This document shows, one piece after another, positions 13,423 to 25,949 of a DNA stretch of 64,000 nt. The DNA lies in NCBI GenBank assembly GCA_963849325.1, contig CAWKHF010000003.1:1-64000 (forward strand), written 5' to 3'. A program made the translations under genes and the position numbers. Under the pieces are notes generated by a model that did not search any database, was not told the DNA's origin, and saw nothing but the letters and a program-made list of their open reading frames with translations. Within the stretch, counting starts at the first letter, position 1. Each line of letters opens with the position of its first letter. This DNA comes from an uncultured Planctomycetota bacterium (lineage in GTDB: Bacteria; Planctomycetota; Planctomycetia; Gemmatales; Gemmataceae).

Positions 13423-14066
13423 AGCGGACAACGGATCGAACCAAGTCGCTGGATTGGCAGCAAGTCCGGCAGCGCCTGGCACGGGCCGTCGCCGCGGAAG
13501 ATGGGTCGCGGCTGACGCCGGAACGAGCGCGGGCGGTGCTGGAGGAACGCGCCCGTCTGCTGGCGCGCGTGCCGGCGCCGGCGGCGCGCGCCGCCGAGGT
13601 CGTCGAGGTCGTGACCTTCGGCGTGGCCGGCGAACGCTACGCCGTCGCCGCCCGCTACGTCCGCGAAGTCGTTCGCCTCACCGAGCCGACGCGGCTGCCG
13701 GGAACGCTGGACTACGTCGCCGGCATCGTCAACCTGCGCGGCGAGATCGTCGCCGTCTTCGATCCGCGGCCCTTCTTCGGTCTGACCAGCGGAGGAGAAG
13801 CGAAGCCGTCGCGCATCCTGGTCCTCGGCGGCGATCGCGTCGAGTTCGGTCTGCTGACCGACGCCGTCCACGAGGTGCTGCCGCTGCGCATGGAGGACAT
13901 TTGGCCTCCGTCCGACACCGTCGCGGGGCCGGGCCGCGAGTATCTGCTCGGCGTGACGGCCGACGCCCTCGTTGTACTCGACGGCGCGAAGCTGCTTCAG
14001 GATCGACGACTTTTCATCGACGTGGGCGAGGAATCGGCGCCGACATCCTCAGGAGTCAAGCCATGA
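13419..14066 (+). CDS. cheW: CheW coupling protein (WspD-like)
   Basis: [10 protein letters not shown]-terminal extension and [14 protein letters not shown]. Confidence 0.92.
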   Translation: MKRTTDRTKSLDWQQVRQRLARAVAAEDGSRLTPERARAVLEERARLLARVPAPAARAAEVVEVVTFGVAGERYAVAARYVREVVRLTEPTRLPGTLDYVAGIVNLRGEIVAVFDPRPFFGLTSGGEAKPSRILVLGGDRVEFGLLTDAVHEVLPLRMEDIWPPSDTVAGPGREYLLGVTADALVVLDGAKLLQDRRLFIDVGEESAPTSSGVKP

Positions 14067-15532
14067 CCATAGGCAAGAAGATCGCGGCCGGCTTCGGTCT
14101 GGCGCTGTCCGCGCTCGTCCTCATCGGCGGCGTCTCGTACTGGAGCACGAACCGACTCATCGACAATAACGAGTGGGTCGAGCACACCCACAAGGTCTTG
14201 ATCAGTCTCGAAACGCTGTTTTCCCTACTGAAGAGCGCGGAGAGCGCCCAGCGCGGTTTCATCCTGACGGGCAAGGAACTCTACTTGCAGAGATACAACA
14301 ACGCTCGCGTACGCATCGACGAGCGCCTCGCCGAGCTGCGGACGTTGACGGGGGACAACGGCGAGCAGCTACACGCCCTCGACGAACTCAAGCCCCTGGT
14401 GGGCAAGCGGCTCGACGTGGCGGATCAGACCATTCAGCTGCGCAAGAAGGACGAAAAGGAGGGGCAAGGGACCGGCTTCCGGGAGTCGGTCAAGTTGGTT
14501 GACGAGGGGGAGGGCAAGGGCCTCATGGACAAGATCGTCGAGGTCATCGAGCGAATGAAGTCGGAGGAGCGGAGGTTGCTGGGCGAGCGGAGCGCCAGGG
14601 CGGAATCGAGCGGCCGCGCCAGCCTGTACACCACCGCCCTGGGCACGCCACTGACGCTCCTGGTCGTATGCGTGGGCGGCTTCTTCATCGCCCGCTCCAT
14701 CATCAACCCGCTCCGCGAGGCCATCGTTCGCTTGACCTCGACCAGCGCCGAACTCCTGGCGGGCACATCGCAGCAGGCCGCCGGCGCTCAGGAGCAGGCG
14801 GCGGCGGTGTCGCAGACAGTGGCCACCGTGACCGAGGTGGCGCAGACGTCCGAGCAGGCCGCCCAGCGCGCCAAGGGCGTCGGCGACGCCGTCCAGCGCA
14901 CCGTCGAGGTCGGCCGGGCCGGGCGCCAGGCCGTCGAGGAGTCCATCGCCGCCCTGGGCCGACTCCAGGAACAGGTCGAGGGGACGGCGGAGAGCATCCT
15001 GGCGTTGGCCGAGCAGGCGCAGGCCATCGGCGACATCATCGCCACCGTCAACGACATCGCCGAGCAAACCAACCTGCTGGCCCTCAACGCCGCCATCGAG
15101 GCGTCGCGGGCCGGCGAGTACGGTCGCGGCTTCGCCGTCGTCGCCGGCGAGGTCAAGACCCTGGCCGACCAGTCCAAGAAGGCCACTATTCAGGTCCGGC
15201 AAATACTCGGCGAAATCCAGAAGGCGACCAACAAGACCGTCCTGTCCACCGAGGAGGTCACCCGCGGCGTGGCCTCGGCGATCAAGCTGGGGACCCAGGC
15301 GGGCGAGACGATTGCGGCCTTGGCGGACACCTTGGCGGAGACGGCGCGGGCGGCGACGCAGATCGTGGCCTCGGCCGGCCAGCAGGCCACCGGCATGGCC
15401 CAGATCCACCAGGCCATGAAGAACATCGACCAGGTGGCCAAGCAGAACTTGGCGGCCATGCGCCAGGCCGAGCAGGCCGCCCAGAACCTCAACGAACTCG
15501 GCACCCGTCTCGCCGCGCTCAGCGCGGCGTGA
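14063..15532 (+). CDS. Methyl-accepting chemotaxis protein with CHASE3 sensor
   Basis: TM1, CHASE3 (WVEHTHKV...[12 protein letters not shown]), TM2 and the hairpin [16 protein letters not shown]...GRGFAVVA. Confidence 0.93.
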   Translation: MTIGKKIAAGFGLALSALVLIGGVSYWSTNRLIDNNEWVEHTHKVLISLETLFSLLKSAESAQRGFILTGKELYLQRYNNARVRIDERLAELRTLTGDNGEQLHALDELKPLVGKRLDVADQTIQLRKKDEKEGQGTGFRESVKLVDEGEGKGLMDKIVEVIERMKSEERRLLGERSARAESSGRASLYTTALGTPLTLLVVCVGGFFIARSIINPLREAIVRLTSTSAELLAGTSQQAAGAQEQAAAVSQTVATVTEVAQTSEQAAQRAKGVGDAVQRTVEVGRAGRQAVEESIAALGRLQEQVEGTAESILALAEQAQAIGDIIATVNDIAEQTNLLALNAAIEASRAGEYGRGFAVVAGEVKTLADQSKKATIQVRQILGEIQKATNKTVLSTEEVTRGVASAIKLGTQAGETIAALADTLAETARAATQIVASAGQQATGMAQIHQAMKNIDQVAKQNLAAMRQAEQAAQNLNELGTRLAALSAA

Positions 15533-15575
15533 GACGGCCCAAGGAATTGATGATCGATGACAGCTCCAAGGAGCG

Positions 15576-17885
15576 ATGATGGACAGGGACCAGCTTGTCA
15601 AGCGTTTGATGGCCACCTTCCTCGAAGAGCTGCAGGAGCAGGTGCAGGCGCTCAACCGCGATCTGCTGGCGCTGAAGAAGGAGCCGGAAGGGGCCGAGCG
15701 GACGGATCGGCTCAAGCAGTTATTCCGAACCGCCCACAGTCTCAAGGGGGCGGCGCGTTCGGTCAACGTGCGCCCCATCGAGGACGCCTGCCATCACTTG
15801 GAAGAAATCCTCACCGGCGTGCGCGACGGCTCCCGCCCGGCCGGCGACGAGTTCTTCGCGCTGTTGCTGGAGTCGGCCGACGCCATCGAGGAGGCCGGCC
15901 AGCGTTTGCAGGAAGAGCAGGACCTCGCCGGCTCGCCGCTGGCGGCGCTGCTGCCCCGGCTGACGGCGGCGACAACGGGTGGAGGGTGGAGGGTGGAGGG
16001 TGGAGGGAAAGGACAAGAAGATAAGGCGAGACAAGGAAACAAGGAGACAAGGAGACAAGAAGACTCTTCCCCCTCCACCCTCCACCCTCCACCCTCCACC
16101 CTCCACCCTCCACCCTCCCCGGTCGGCGGATCGGCCACGCTGCGCATCGCCGCCGAGAAGATGGATACCCTTCTGGCCCGCAGCGGCGAACTGCTCGTGG
16201 CCCGGCGGCGCGTTCCGCTGCGCGCCGAGGAGTTGGCCACACTACGCGACGCCGTCGGTCGCTGGCGGGCCGAATGGCAGACTGTGGAAAAGCCCCTGGC
16301 GAAGATGTTCCGTGAAGAGGAGGACGGCAACATCCCCGTGCGGACGCAGCCGCGCCGGCTGTCGCTGGCCTTGCGCGGCGTGGGCGACCGCCTGCGTCAA
16401 CTGGAGAAGGACCTCGAGCACCTGTCCGCCGCCTTGACCAGCGATGGCCGGCTGCTCGATCAGCTGGCCGGGGCGCTGGACGAGGACGTCCGCCGCGTCC
16501 GCATGCTCCCCTTCGCCGAGGCGTGCCAGGGACTGGAGCGCATCGTGCATGACCTGGCGCAGGCGGGCGGCAAGGAGGTCGAGTTGGTAATCGAGGGCGG
16601 TGACGTCGAACTGGACCGATCGGTGCTGGAAGGACTGAGGGACCCGCTGCGCCACCTAGTCCGCAACGCCCTCGACCACGGCGTGGAGCCGGCCGCGGAG
16701 CGGCGGGCGGCCGGCAAACCGCTCGCAGGCGCGCTCACCATCGCCGCCGTGCTCCGCGGCGCCCAGGTCGAGGTGGTCGTGGCCGACGATGGCCGCGGCA
16801 TCGACTTGCAGGCACTTCGCCGGCGCGTTCGCGAGGACAAGCTGCCGGAGCCGGCCGACGACCGCGACTTGGCTCGCCTCGTCTTCCTGTCCGGGCTGTC
16901 CACCTCGCGGCGCATCACCGACGTGTCCGGTCGCGGCGTCGGCCTGGACGTGGTCAAGAGCCGGGTCGAGGCGCTGCACGGCACGGTCGATCTGGCGTTC
17001 GCGCCCGGCGGCGGCACGCGCTTCACCCTGGCCGTGCCGCTGACGCTGACGACGCTGCGGGCGCTGCTGGTCGTCGCCGGCGGACAGACCTTCGCCTTCG
17101 TCGGCACCAACGTGCAAAAGCTGCTGCGCGTCGCCCCGCACGAGTTCCGCTCCGTGGGGGGCGCGAGATGCTGTCGCTGGGCGGGGCGCCGTTGCCGGTG
17201 GCGTCGCTGGCGGAGACGCTCGGCCGGGCCGCGACGGAGGCGCCAGCCGGGCGGACGAAACTGCCGGTCCTCATCGTGGCGGCGGGCGGCGCAGCAGATG
17301 GCCTTCACGGTGGACGAACTGCTGTCGGAGCAGGAAGTCGTGGTCAAGAGCCTGGGGCCGCGTATCCGCCGGGTAGCCCACGTGGCTGGGGCCACGCTCC
17401 TGCCCTCGGGCCGGATCGCGCTGGTGCTCAACGCGGCCAACCTCGTCCGCACGGCGCTGGCGCGCCTGCGTGCGTCTGGCCGCCGACCGTCCGTCGCCCT
17501 CGCCGCGCCGGCGCCGCCGACCAAGAAACGTCTGTTGCTGGCCGAGGATTCCCTGACCACGCGCACGCTGGAGAAGACCATCCTGGAGGCGGCCGGCTAC
17601 GAGGTGACGGCCGCCGCGGACGGCGCCGACGCCTGGCAGCTGCTCCAGGAACGCGGCGCCGACCTCGTCGTCAGCGACGTCGAGATGCCGCGCATGGACG
17701 GCTTCGCGCTGACCGAGGCCGTGCGTGCCTCGCCGCGCTTCCGCGAACTGCCGGTGGTGCTCGTCACCGCCCGCGAGAGCGAGCCGGACAAGGCTCGCGG
17801 CATCGAAGTCGGCGCCAACGCCTACCTGGTCAAGAGCGCCTTCGACCAGAGAGGCCTGCTGGAGACCATCGCCCAACTGTTGTAA
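15576..17885 (+). CDS. cheA: Hybrid CheA-REC kinase (WspE-like); compensating frameshifts at about 17160-17295
   Basis: FRTAHSLKG (Hpt), HLVRNALDHG, DDGRG, SGRGVGLDVV, a CheW domain and a C-terminal REC (SDVEMP). Confidence 0.93.
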   Translation: MMDRDQLVKRLMATFLEELQEQVQALNRDLLALKKEPEGAERTDRLKQLFRTAHSLKGAARSVNVRPIEDACHHLEEILTGVRDGSRPAGDEFFALLLESADAIEEAGQRLQEEQDLAGSPLAALLPRLTAATTGGGWRVEGGGKGQEDKARQGNKETRRQEDSSPSTLHPPPSTLHPPPSPVGGSATLRIAAEKMDTLLARSGELLVARRRVPLRAEELATLRDAVGRWRAEWQTVEKPLAKMFREEEDGNIPVRTQPRRLSLALRGVGDRLRQLEKDLEHLSAALTSDGRLLDQLAGALDEDVRRVRMLPFAEACQGLERIVHDLAQAGGKEVELVIEGGDVELDRSVLEGLRDPLRHLVRNALDHGVEPAAERRAAGKPLAGALTIAAVLRGAQVEVVVADDGRGIDLQALRRRVREDKLPEPADDRDLARLVFLSGLSTSRRITDVSGRGVGLDVVKSRVEALHGTVDLAFAPGGGTRFTLAVPLTLTTLRALLVVAGGQTFAFVGTNVQKLLRVAPHEFRSVGGARCCRWAGRRCRWRRWRRRSAGPRRRRQPGGRNCRSSSWRRAAQQMAFTVDELLSEQEVVVKSLGPRIRRVAHVAGATLLPSGRIALVLNAANLVRTALARLRASGRRPSVALAAPAPPTKKRLLLAEDSLTTRTLEKTILEAAGYEVTAAADGADAWQLLQERGADLVVSDVEMPRMDGFALTEAVRASPRFRELPVVLVTARESEPDKARGIEVGANAYLVKSAFDQRGLLETIAQLL
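15977..16119. repeat. (GGGTGGA)4 - ACAAGGAG octamers - (TCCACCC)6 composite palindrome in the CheA Hpt linker
   Basis: Seen directly; the ORF stays open through it. Confidence 0.92.
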
Positions 17886-18020
17886 ATCCGAAATCCGAAA
17901 TCCGAAGGAAATCCCAAACAGGAAATCCAAAATCGAAAACTGGAGGTCGGACGGTTTTGATTTTTGTTCTTGTGATTTCGGATTTCTTTCGGATTTCGGA
18001 TTTCGGATTTCGGATTTCGG
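17885..18020. repeat. (AAATCCG)n...(CGGATTT)n intergenic palindrome
   Basis: Heptamer arrays in inverted orientation between cheA and cheB. Confidence 0.9.
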
Positions 18021-18031
18021 AGCGCAGCGAC

Positions 18032-19055
18032 ATGATTCGAGTGCTCATTGCGGAAGACTCGCTGACCACGCGGGCGCTGTTGCTGGAGATCCTGTCCAGC
18101 GACCCAGAGATTCGCGTCGTCGGCCAGGCCAAGGACGGCGTCGAGGCCGTGGCCCTGACGCAGAGCCTGCGGCCGGACCTGGTGACCATGGACATCCACA
18201 TGCCGCAGATGGACGGCCTGAAGGCGACCAAGGAGATCATGATTACGGCGCCGACGCCCATCGTCATCATCACCGGCAGCAGCGGCGCCGCCGGCGTCGA
18301 AGGCTCCATGCACGCCCTGCGCGCCGGTGCCCTCGACGTGCTCCTCAAGCCGCCGGGCCCGGCGCGGCCGCCTTCGAGGAATCGGCCCGCCAACTGGTCG
18401 CCACGGTCAAGGCCATGTCCCACGTGAAAGTCGTGCGTCACTGGCGCGTCCGAGTTCACGTCCCACTCCGGCGCACGGCCGCGCCCCCGGGGCACGCAGC
18501 CGGTCGTCGCCATCGCCGCCTCGACGGGCGGGCCGGTGGCGCTGCAGCGCCTGTTCGAGCGAACTGCCCGGCCATTTCGCCGCCCCCATCCTGGTGGTCC
18601 AGCACATCAGTCCCGGCTTCATCGCCGGACTCGTCGCCTGGCTGAACACGGTCTGCGATTTGCACGTCAAAGTGGCGGAATCCGGCGAATCCCTCCAGCC
18701 GCATACCGTCTACCTGGCGCCCGATGATCGCCACCTCGGCGTCAGCCGTCAGGCGACGGTGATGCTGTCCGAGGCGTCGCCGATCGGCGGCTTCCGACCG
18801 TCGGGCACCTTTCTGTTCGAGTCGGTGGCCCGCGTCTTCGGACCCGCGGCGGTCGGCGTCATCCTGACCGGCATGGGCGAGGACGGCGTGGCGGGACTGC
18901 GGGCGCTGCGGCAGGCCGGCGGCCGCGTCCTTGCCCAGGACGAAAAGAGCAGTGTGGTCTTCGGCATGCCGGGCGCCGCCGTCGCCTCCGGACTCGCCGA
19001 CCACGTCCTGCCCCTCGACGCCGTGGCGGCCCGATTGGTGGAGATGATCGAATAA
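18032..19055 (+). CDS. cheB: CheB methylesterase (REC-CheB, WspF-like); frameshifted
   Basis: REC (VTMDIHMP) plus catalytic ASTGGP, VQHI and TGMGEDG. Confidence 0.92.
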
Positions 19056-19062
19056 GACGGAG

Positions 19063-19101
19063 GGGATGGAGGATGGCATTGCCATCCTCCATCATCCATC
19101 C
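19063..19101. repeat. Short GATGGAG-type inverted repeat between cheB and the kinase
   Basis: GATGGAGGATGGCA/TGCCATCCTCCATC stem. Confidence 0.75.
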
Positions 19102-19121
19102 GAGTCGTTGGAGGAAGCGAA

Positions 19122-21804
<2,683 letters not shown>

Positions 21805-22059
21805 GGCGTTTCCCTTCGACACGGTGCCGCTTTACCGGATCCGCGACCGAGATGGTTGTTAGGACGCTGAGGTACGTCGCTGTCTGGCATCGGTTTTAAT
21901 TAGCGTCATTTGCGGCAGATTTTATCCTTTTATCTTACCTCTTATCATGAGTCGAGGCCACATGTTGGGTCACATGGATTAATTGGGGAGACAATGGGGT
22001 CGTTGCCGCTCCCCGGACGTTCTCCCGAAACGGTATTACTGTCCGAGCTTGTCAGGAGG

Positions 22060-23970
22060 CTATTTGGGGAGGGACAGGTGCGGAGGCGACGGCACTTTCC
22101 CTTGGTCAAGAAGCGCCTTCCACTTTTCGACGGCGGGCCGACGCTTCTCCGGCTCCCAGGTCGGATCGTAGGCGATTTTCCGTGCCTCCTCGGGCAGTTT
22201 GCCGCCAACGTCCAACTGGTCGAGGTGCCAGAACGCCAGGTCGCGCACCAGCAGGTTGTCGTCGTCCAGGCAGCCAATCAGCTCTTCGTAGGTTTCCTTC
22301 CGATCAATCGCTTCCGGCGTGAAGAAGTGCAGCAGACGAACGATGCGCTCCGCCTTGTCCCTGGAGTCGCCGCGGCGTTCGAGGACGCGGACGAGTTCAC
22401 CGGCGTGTTGACCGCCGCGGCTCAACCACGACTGCAGGGCGAACAGAGTGACGCCGCGAACGTTGGCGTTTTGGCGGTCCTTCAAGAAACCCAGCAGCGG
22501 CTCCGTCTCGTCCAGGGCCGCCAGAAAGAATATCCCCACGTCCTGATTGTCGGCGTCCTTCACCTCCTCCACCTGGGTCTTGATCGTGGTCACGACCGGC
22601 GTCGCGGCGTTGGCCGGCGTGTTGGGTTTGCCGGCGTCGGCGTTCGATCCGCCCAGTCGCTCGCTCCAGTCGAGAAGGCTGCGCAAGGCTTTCTGGACTT
22701 CCGGCGCCTGGCGATCCGGCGCTTTCGCCCACCAGGCGGGCAACTCCGGCAGCGCGACGCGGTGCAGGACGGCGGGTTCCTGGCTCACCCAGCTCAGGCG
22801 CGATTGGTCGCTCAGGTCGAAGCTCTGGCGCGGCGTCTGGACCCGCACACGGCCTTTGGTGAACAGACCCAGGCAGGCGACCGGCTGTTGAGGAGTCGAG
22901 GGGGAGGGCGCGCCGCGGGGCAGGGTCCAAAGCTCCACGCCGACCTCGCTCTTGGCGTCGGGCAATTCCAGTTCCCAGGTCTCGCGGAGAAAGCGCAGAC
23001 GGACGTGGACAGGCGCTGCGGACGCCTTGCGGTTGGCGATCAGGATGCGCCCTCGGTCGAGCGTGAAGTCCAGATCGACGCCGGACGTTGGGCTGTGCAG
23101 CATGGCCACGCTCTCCAGCACCGGCGGCGACGCCGAGAACTCGGGCAGGTTCCCCCACAGGGTCAGGTGGGCTCCGCCATCGAGGGCGAGGAGACTGCGA
23201 TAGCCGGGCAGGCTTACCAGCGTGCAGGCCGTGGACACGCGCGCTTCCGGACGCAGGATTGCCCACGGATACGCTTCGCCCTGGCGCTGCAACAGCACGC
23301 TGACCCAGCGATCCAGCGCCACGTAGGAGCCGACCTCCTTCACCTCCTCACTCGGAGCGCCTTTGGGCGTATCCGGAGCGGGCACGATGACCGGGAGCGG
23401 GGCCGGCTTCGGGGGATTGACCGGCGGAGACAGCGGCGTGCTCGGCACGTCGGAGCCGGCCGTGCGAGCAACGGAAGGCTCGTCGCTTACGCTGCTGGCT
23501 CCCAGAGGCGATGGCGTCGGGGCGCGATCCTCCGGCGTCTTCGGTTTGCGAGGGAGGACGACCGCGACCACGACGACGACCGCGAGGGCGGCGGCCGCGA
23601 GGGCGACGATCCGTCCGTGTCCCGACAGCCGAGCGGTGTCAGCCGCGGGCCGCGCGGCGAGGTCGAGTTCGAGCACCGTCAGCGTGGCGCCGGTGTAGCC
23701 CATCTGGATGCGGTCGCCGACGCTCAGCGCCGCGGCGCCATCGAGCAGACAGCCGTTAAGCAGCGTGCCATTGCTGGAGCCGACATCGGCGAGCGTGGCG
23801 CCCTTCGCGGTCAAGTCGATGCGGGCGTGCCGGCGCGAGACCGCGTCGCCGAACGGACCCTGCAGGGAGAGTTCGCAGTCGGCATCGCGGCCGATGTGGA
23901 TGACGGGTCCGGTGTGCTCAAACGTCCGGGAGCCGCCCGGCGCGGCGGCGATCGAGAGGCGGAGTTTCAT
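22060..23970 (-). CDS. FHA-domain membrane protein with a large extracytoplasmic region
   Basis: IGRD...VSRRHA...SSNGT (FHA), followed by a TM helix and a Pro-rich linker. Confidence 0.85.
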   Translation of the reverse strand: MKLRLSIAAAPGGSRTFEHTGPVIHIGRDADCELSLQGPFGDAVSRRHARIDLTAKGATLADVGSSNGTLLNGCLLDGAAALSVGDRIQMGYTGATLTVLELDLAARPAADTARLSGHGRIVALAAAALAVVVVVAVVLPRKPKTPEDRAPTPSPLGASSVSDEPSVARTAGSDVPSTPLSPPVNPPKPAPLPVIVPAPDTPKGAPSEEVKEVGSYVALDRWVSVLLQRQGEAYPWAILRPEARVSTACTLVSLPGYRSLLALDGGAHLTLWGNLPEFSASPPVLESVAMLHSPTSGVDLDFTLDRGRILIANRKASAAPVHVRLRFLRETWELELPDAKSEVGVELWTLPRGAPSPSTPQQPVACLGLFTKGRVRVQTPRQSFDLSDQSRLSWVSQEPAVLHRVALPELPAWWAKAPDRQAPEVQKALRSLLDWSERLGGSNADAGKPNTPANAATPVVTTIKTQVEEVKDADNQDVGIFFLAALDETEPLLGFLKDRQNANVRGVTLFALQSWLSRGGQHAGELVRVLERRGDSRDKAERIVRLLHFFTPEAIDRKETYEELIGCLDDDNLLVRDLAFWHLDQLDVGGKLPEEARKIAYDPTWEPEKRRPAVEKWKALLDQGKVPSPPHLSLPK

Positions 23971-23971
23971 T

Positions 23972-24859
23972 TTATTTCGTCCGAAAGATGAAGCGCTGTT
24001 CGCCCATGCGAAACTGGCACGCGCTCCCCAGCGGCATCGGTTCCACGATGCGCAGCCACAGGCCGTTGAGCGATTTATTGTTCTCGATGTGCCATTGTCC
24101 CTTGGCATCGCGGTACAAGCGGGCGTGTCGGGCGTTGACGAGGACGTCATCGGGCCGGGCGATCGGGCAGCTCTTGCCGTCGCGGCCCATCCAGTATTCG
24201 GGCAGAGTGAGGTTGATGCGGCGCAGCGGGCCGGCCGGCCCCATCTCCACCAGCGACGGCACCAGGGTGTGAACCGGGGCGCCGGACCAGGCCTGGGTCG
24301 TTTGCGCCGGTGTGCCGGGTGGGCTGTGAGCGGCGGCTGCGGCGGCGGCCTCGAAGCGATAGCGTCCCGCGCCGATCAGAAACTCGCTCTCGTGCCGCAG
24401 GAACGTGCTGCCGATGCGGACGAAAGTGCCGTTGGTGCTTTTCAAATCGATAAGAAACCAGCGGAAGCCGGCGGCGCCGCGCTGGCGAATCAGTTCCGCG
24501 TGCTGTCCCGAGATGGCCCCGTCCTGGGCGATGCGGACGTCGCCTTCGGTTCGGCCGATGACGGTGCGTTCGGCGCGAAGGCGTACCCATTCGCCGTCGG
24601 CCTTGCCGTCGTCGAGCACGCACAGCAGGGCGACCGGCGGACGCAGCACGGGCTGCTCCGGCTGCGCCTCGACCTCGACGGGCACAGCGATCGCCGCTCG
24701 GACTGGTCCCCCTGGCTGCGCCACTGGGGCGGGGACCGCCGCTCGAGCGCGGCGAGCCTGGAGCGCTTGCCGGATCTCCTCGTCCGACTCCAGGCGTGTG
24801 CCCTCAGGAGGCTCCGCGACCGGATGGCCGGGTGCCGGCCGGGCTTGCTTCGGCGTCAT
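23972..24859 (-). CDS. Tandem FHA-domain protein
   Basis: IGRT...ISGQHA...STNGT and MGRD...NARHA...SLNG. Confidence 0.85.
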   Translation of the reverse strand: MTPKQARPAPGHPVAEPPEGTRLESDEEIRQALQARRARAAVPAPVAQPGGPVRAAIAVPVEVEAQPEQPVLRPPVALLCVLDDGKADGEWVRLRAERTVIGRTEGDVRIAQDGAISGQHAELIRQRGAAGFRWFLIDLKSTNGTFVRIGSTFLRHESEFLIGAGRYRFEAAAAAAAHSPPGTPAQTTQAWSGAPVHTLVPSLVEMGPAGPLRRINLTLPEYWMGRDGKSCPIARPDDVLVNARHARLYRDAKGQWHIENNKSLNGLWLRIVEPMPLGSACQFRMGEQRFIFRTK

Positions 24860-24890
24860 GGACCATTCCTCCGAGCGGGTGAGGGGGAGG

Positions 24891-25916
24891 CTATTTCTCC
24901 TGGAGTCGCGTGACCTCGTCGGCCAGGGCGCGGTGCAGGGCGATGTAGTAGCGCTCGCAGCCGACCGTCGCCGGCGCGAAGCGAATGCCTTCCTTCTTCA
25001 TGTGCGCGACCAACTCGGCCACCGTGGCCCCGCGCAGCGGCTGGAGGTACATCGCCGCGTCGGGCTTCTCCAGCACGAAGATGGCGTCGCTCACGTGCTT
25101 GAGGAACCGCCGCGCCTCGATGTAGTGCCGCGTGTTCCAGGCCGGATCCTCGACGCCGCTGGCCACCTCGTTATCGACGTGCCGCTTGCACGCGGCCACG
25201 CACAGGCGCAGCTCGCGCAGCAGCTCCGGGTCGATCCGCGCGTTGCTCTGCGAGGAGAGCGCCTTCTCCTTGGCACGGGCGAGAAGCTCATCGATCCGCT
25301 CGCGCGTCGGCTGAAAATCGGAGCGCATCAAGAGCGGCGGCCAAAAAATGCGGTCGTCCTTGAGCAGTCCCATGTTACCGCGTCCGTCCACGGTGACGTG
25401 AATGTGGGCCAGCCACTCCGACTCCACCGTGATCGAGCCGGCGTTGGGCAGCGACGGTCGTTTGCGCAGCTCATCAAGGATACGGTTGTGCGGGATGGCG
25501 GCGAGGATTTCGGTCAGCGGCGGCAGCGTGCGGGCCCGCTCGACCTCGGCTCGATGGACGCGCTCGCGCTCGCGGTTGAGGGCGCCGGACTTGAAGTCGC
25601 GCTCCCACTCCCAATGTTCCAGTTGCAGGCGGCGCGTTTGCAGTTTGGAACGGCGCACCTGCTCGCGCACCAGGGCAGCCACTTGCGATTTGATGAGGAA
25701 GTCGCCCTGGGCGCGGATGACCGCGGCGGCGCCGCGCAGCGTCGAGGCGTAGGGGTTGTAGGTGTAGCCCCAGTACGTCGAAGGAGCGGCGCGGATGACG
25801 ATTCGGTACGGATCGCCCGGGCGGAGGGATTGCGCGGCGGCGGAGGGAGCGAGCGTACCCAGGGCAGCCACGGAGACGGCCACCGCCGCGAATGTTCGAG
25901 CAATGAAATGTTCCAC
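24891..25916 (-). CDS. Secreted hypothetical protein
   Basis: 341 aa ORF with a signal peptide, co-oriented in the kinase cluster. Confidence 0.7.
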   Translation of the reverse strand: MEHFIARTFAAVAVSVAALGTLAPSAAAQSLRPGDPYRIVIRAAPSTYWGYTYNPYASTLRGAAAVIRAQGDFLIKSQVAALVREQVRRSKLQTRRLQLEHWEWERDFKSGALNRERERVHRAEVERARTLPPLTEILAAIPHNRILDELRKRPSLPNAGSITVESEWLAHIHVTVDGRGNMGLLKDDRIFWPPLLMRSDFQPTRERIDELLARAKEKALSSQSNARIDPELLRELRLCVAACKRHVDNEVASGVEDPAWNTRHYIEARRFLKHVSDAIFVLEKPDAAMYLQPLRGATVAELVAHMKKEGIRFAPATVGCERYYIALHRALADEVTRLQEK

Positions 25917-25949
25917 GTCGCGGACCTCCGAGGGTTTCGCTGGTGTGGT

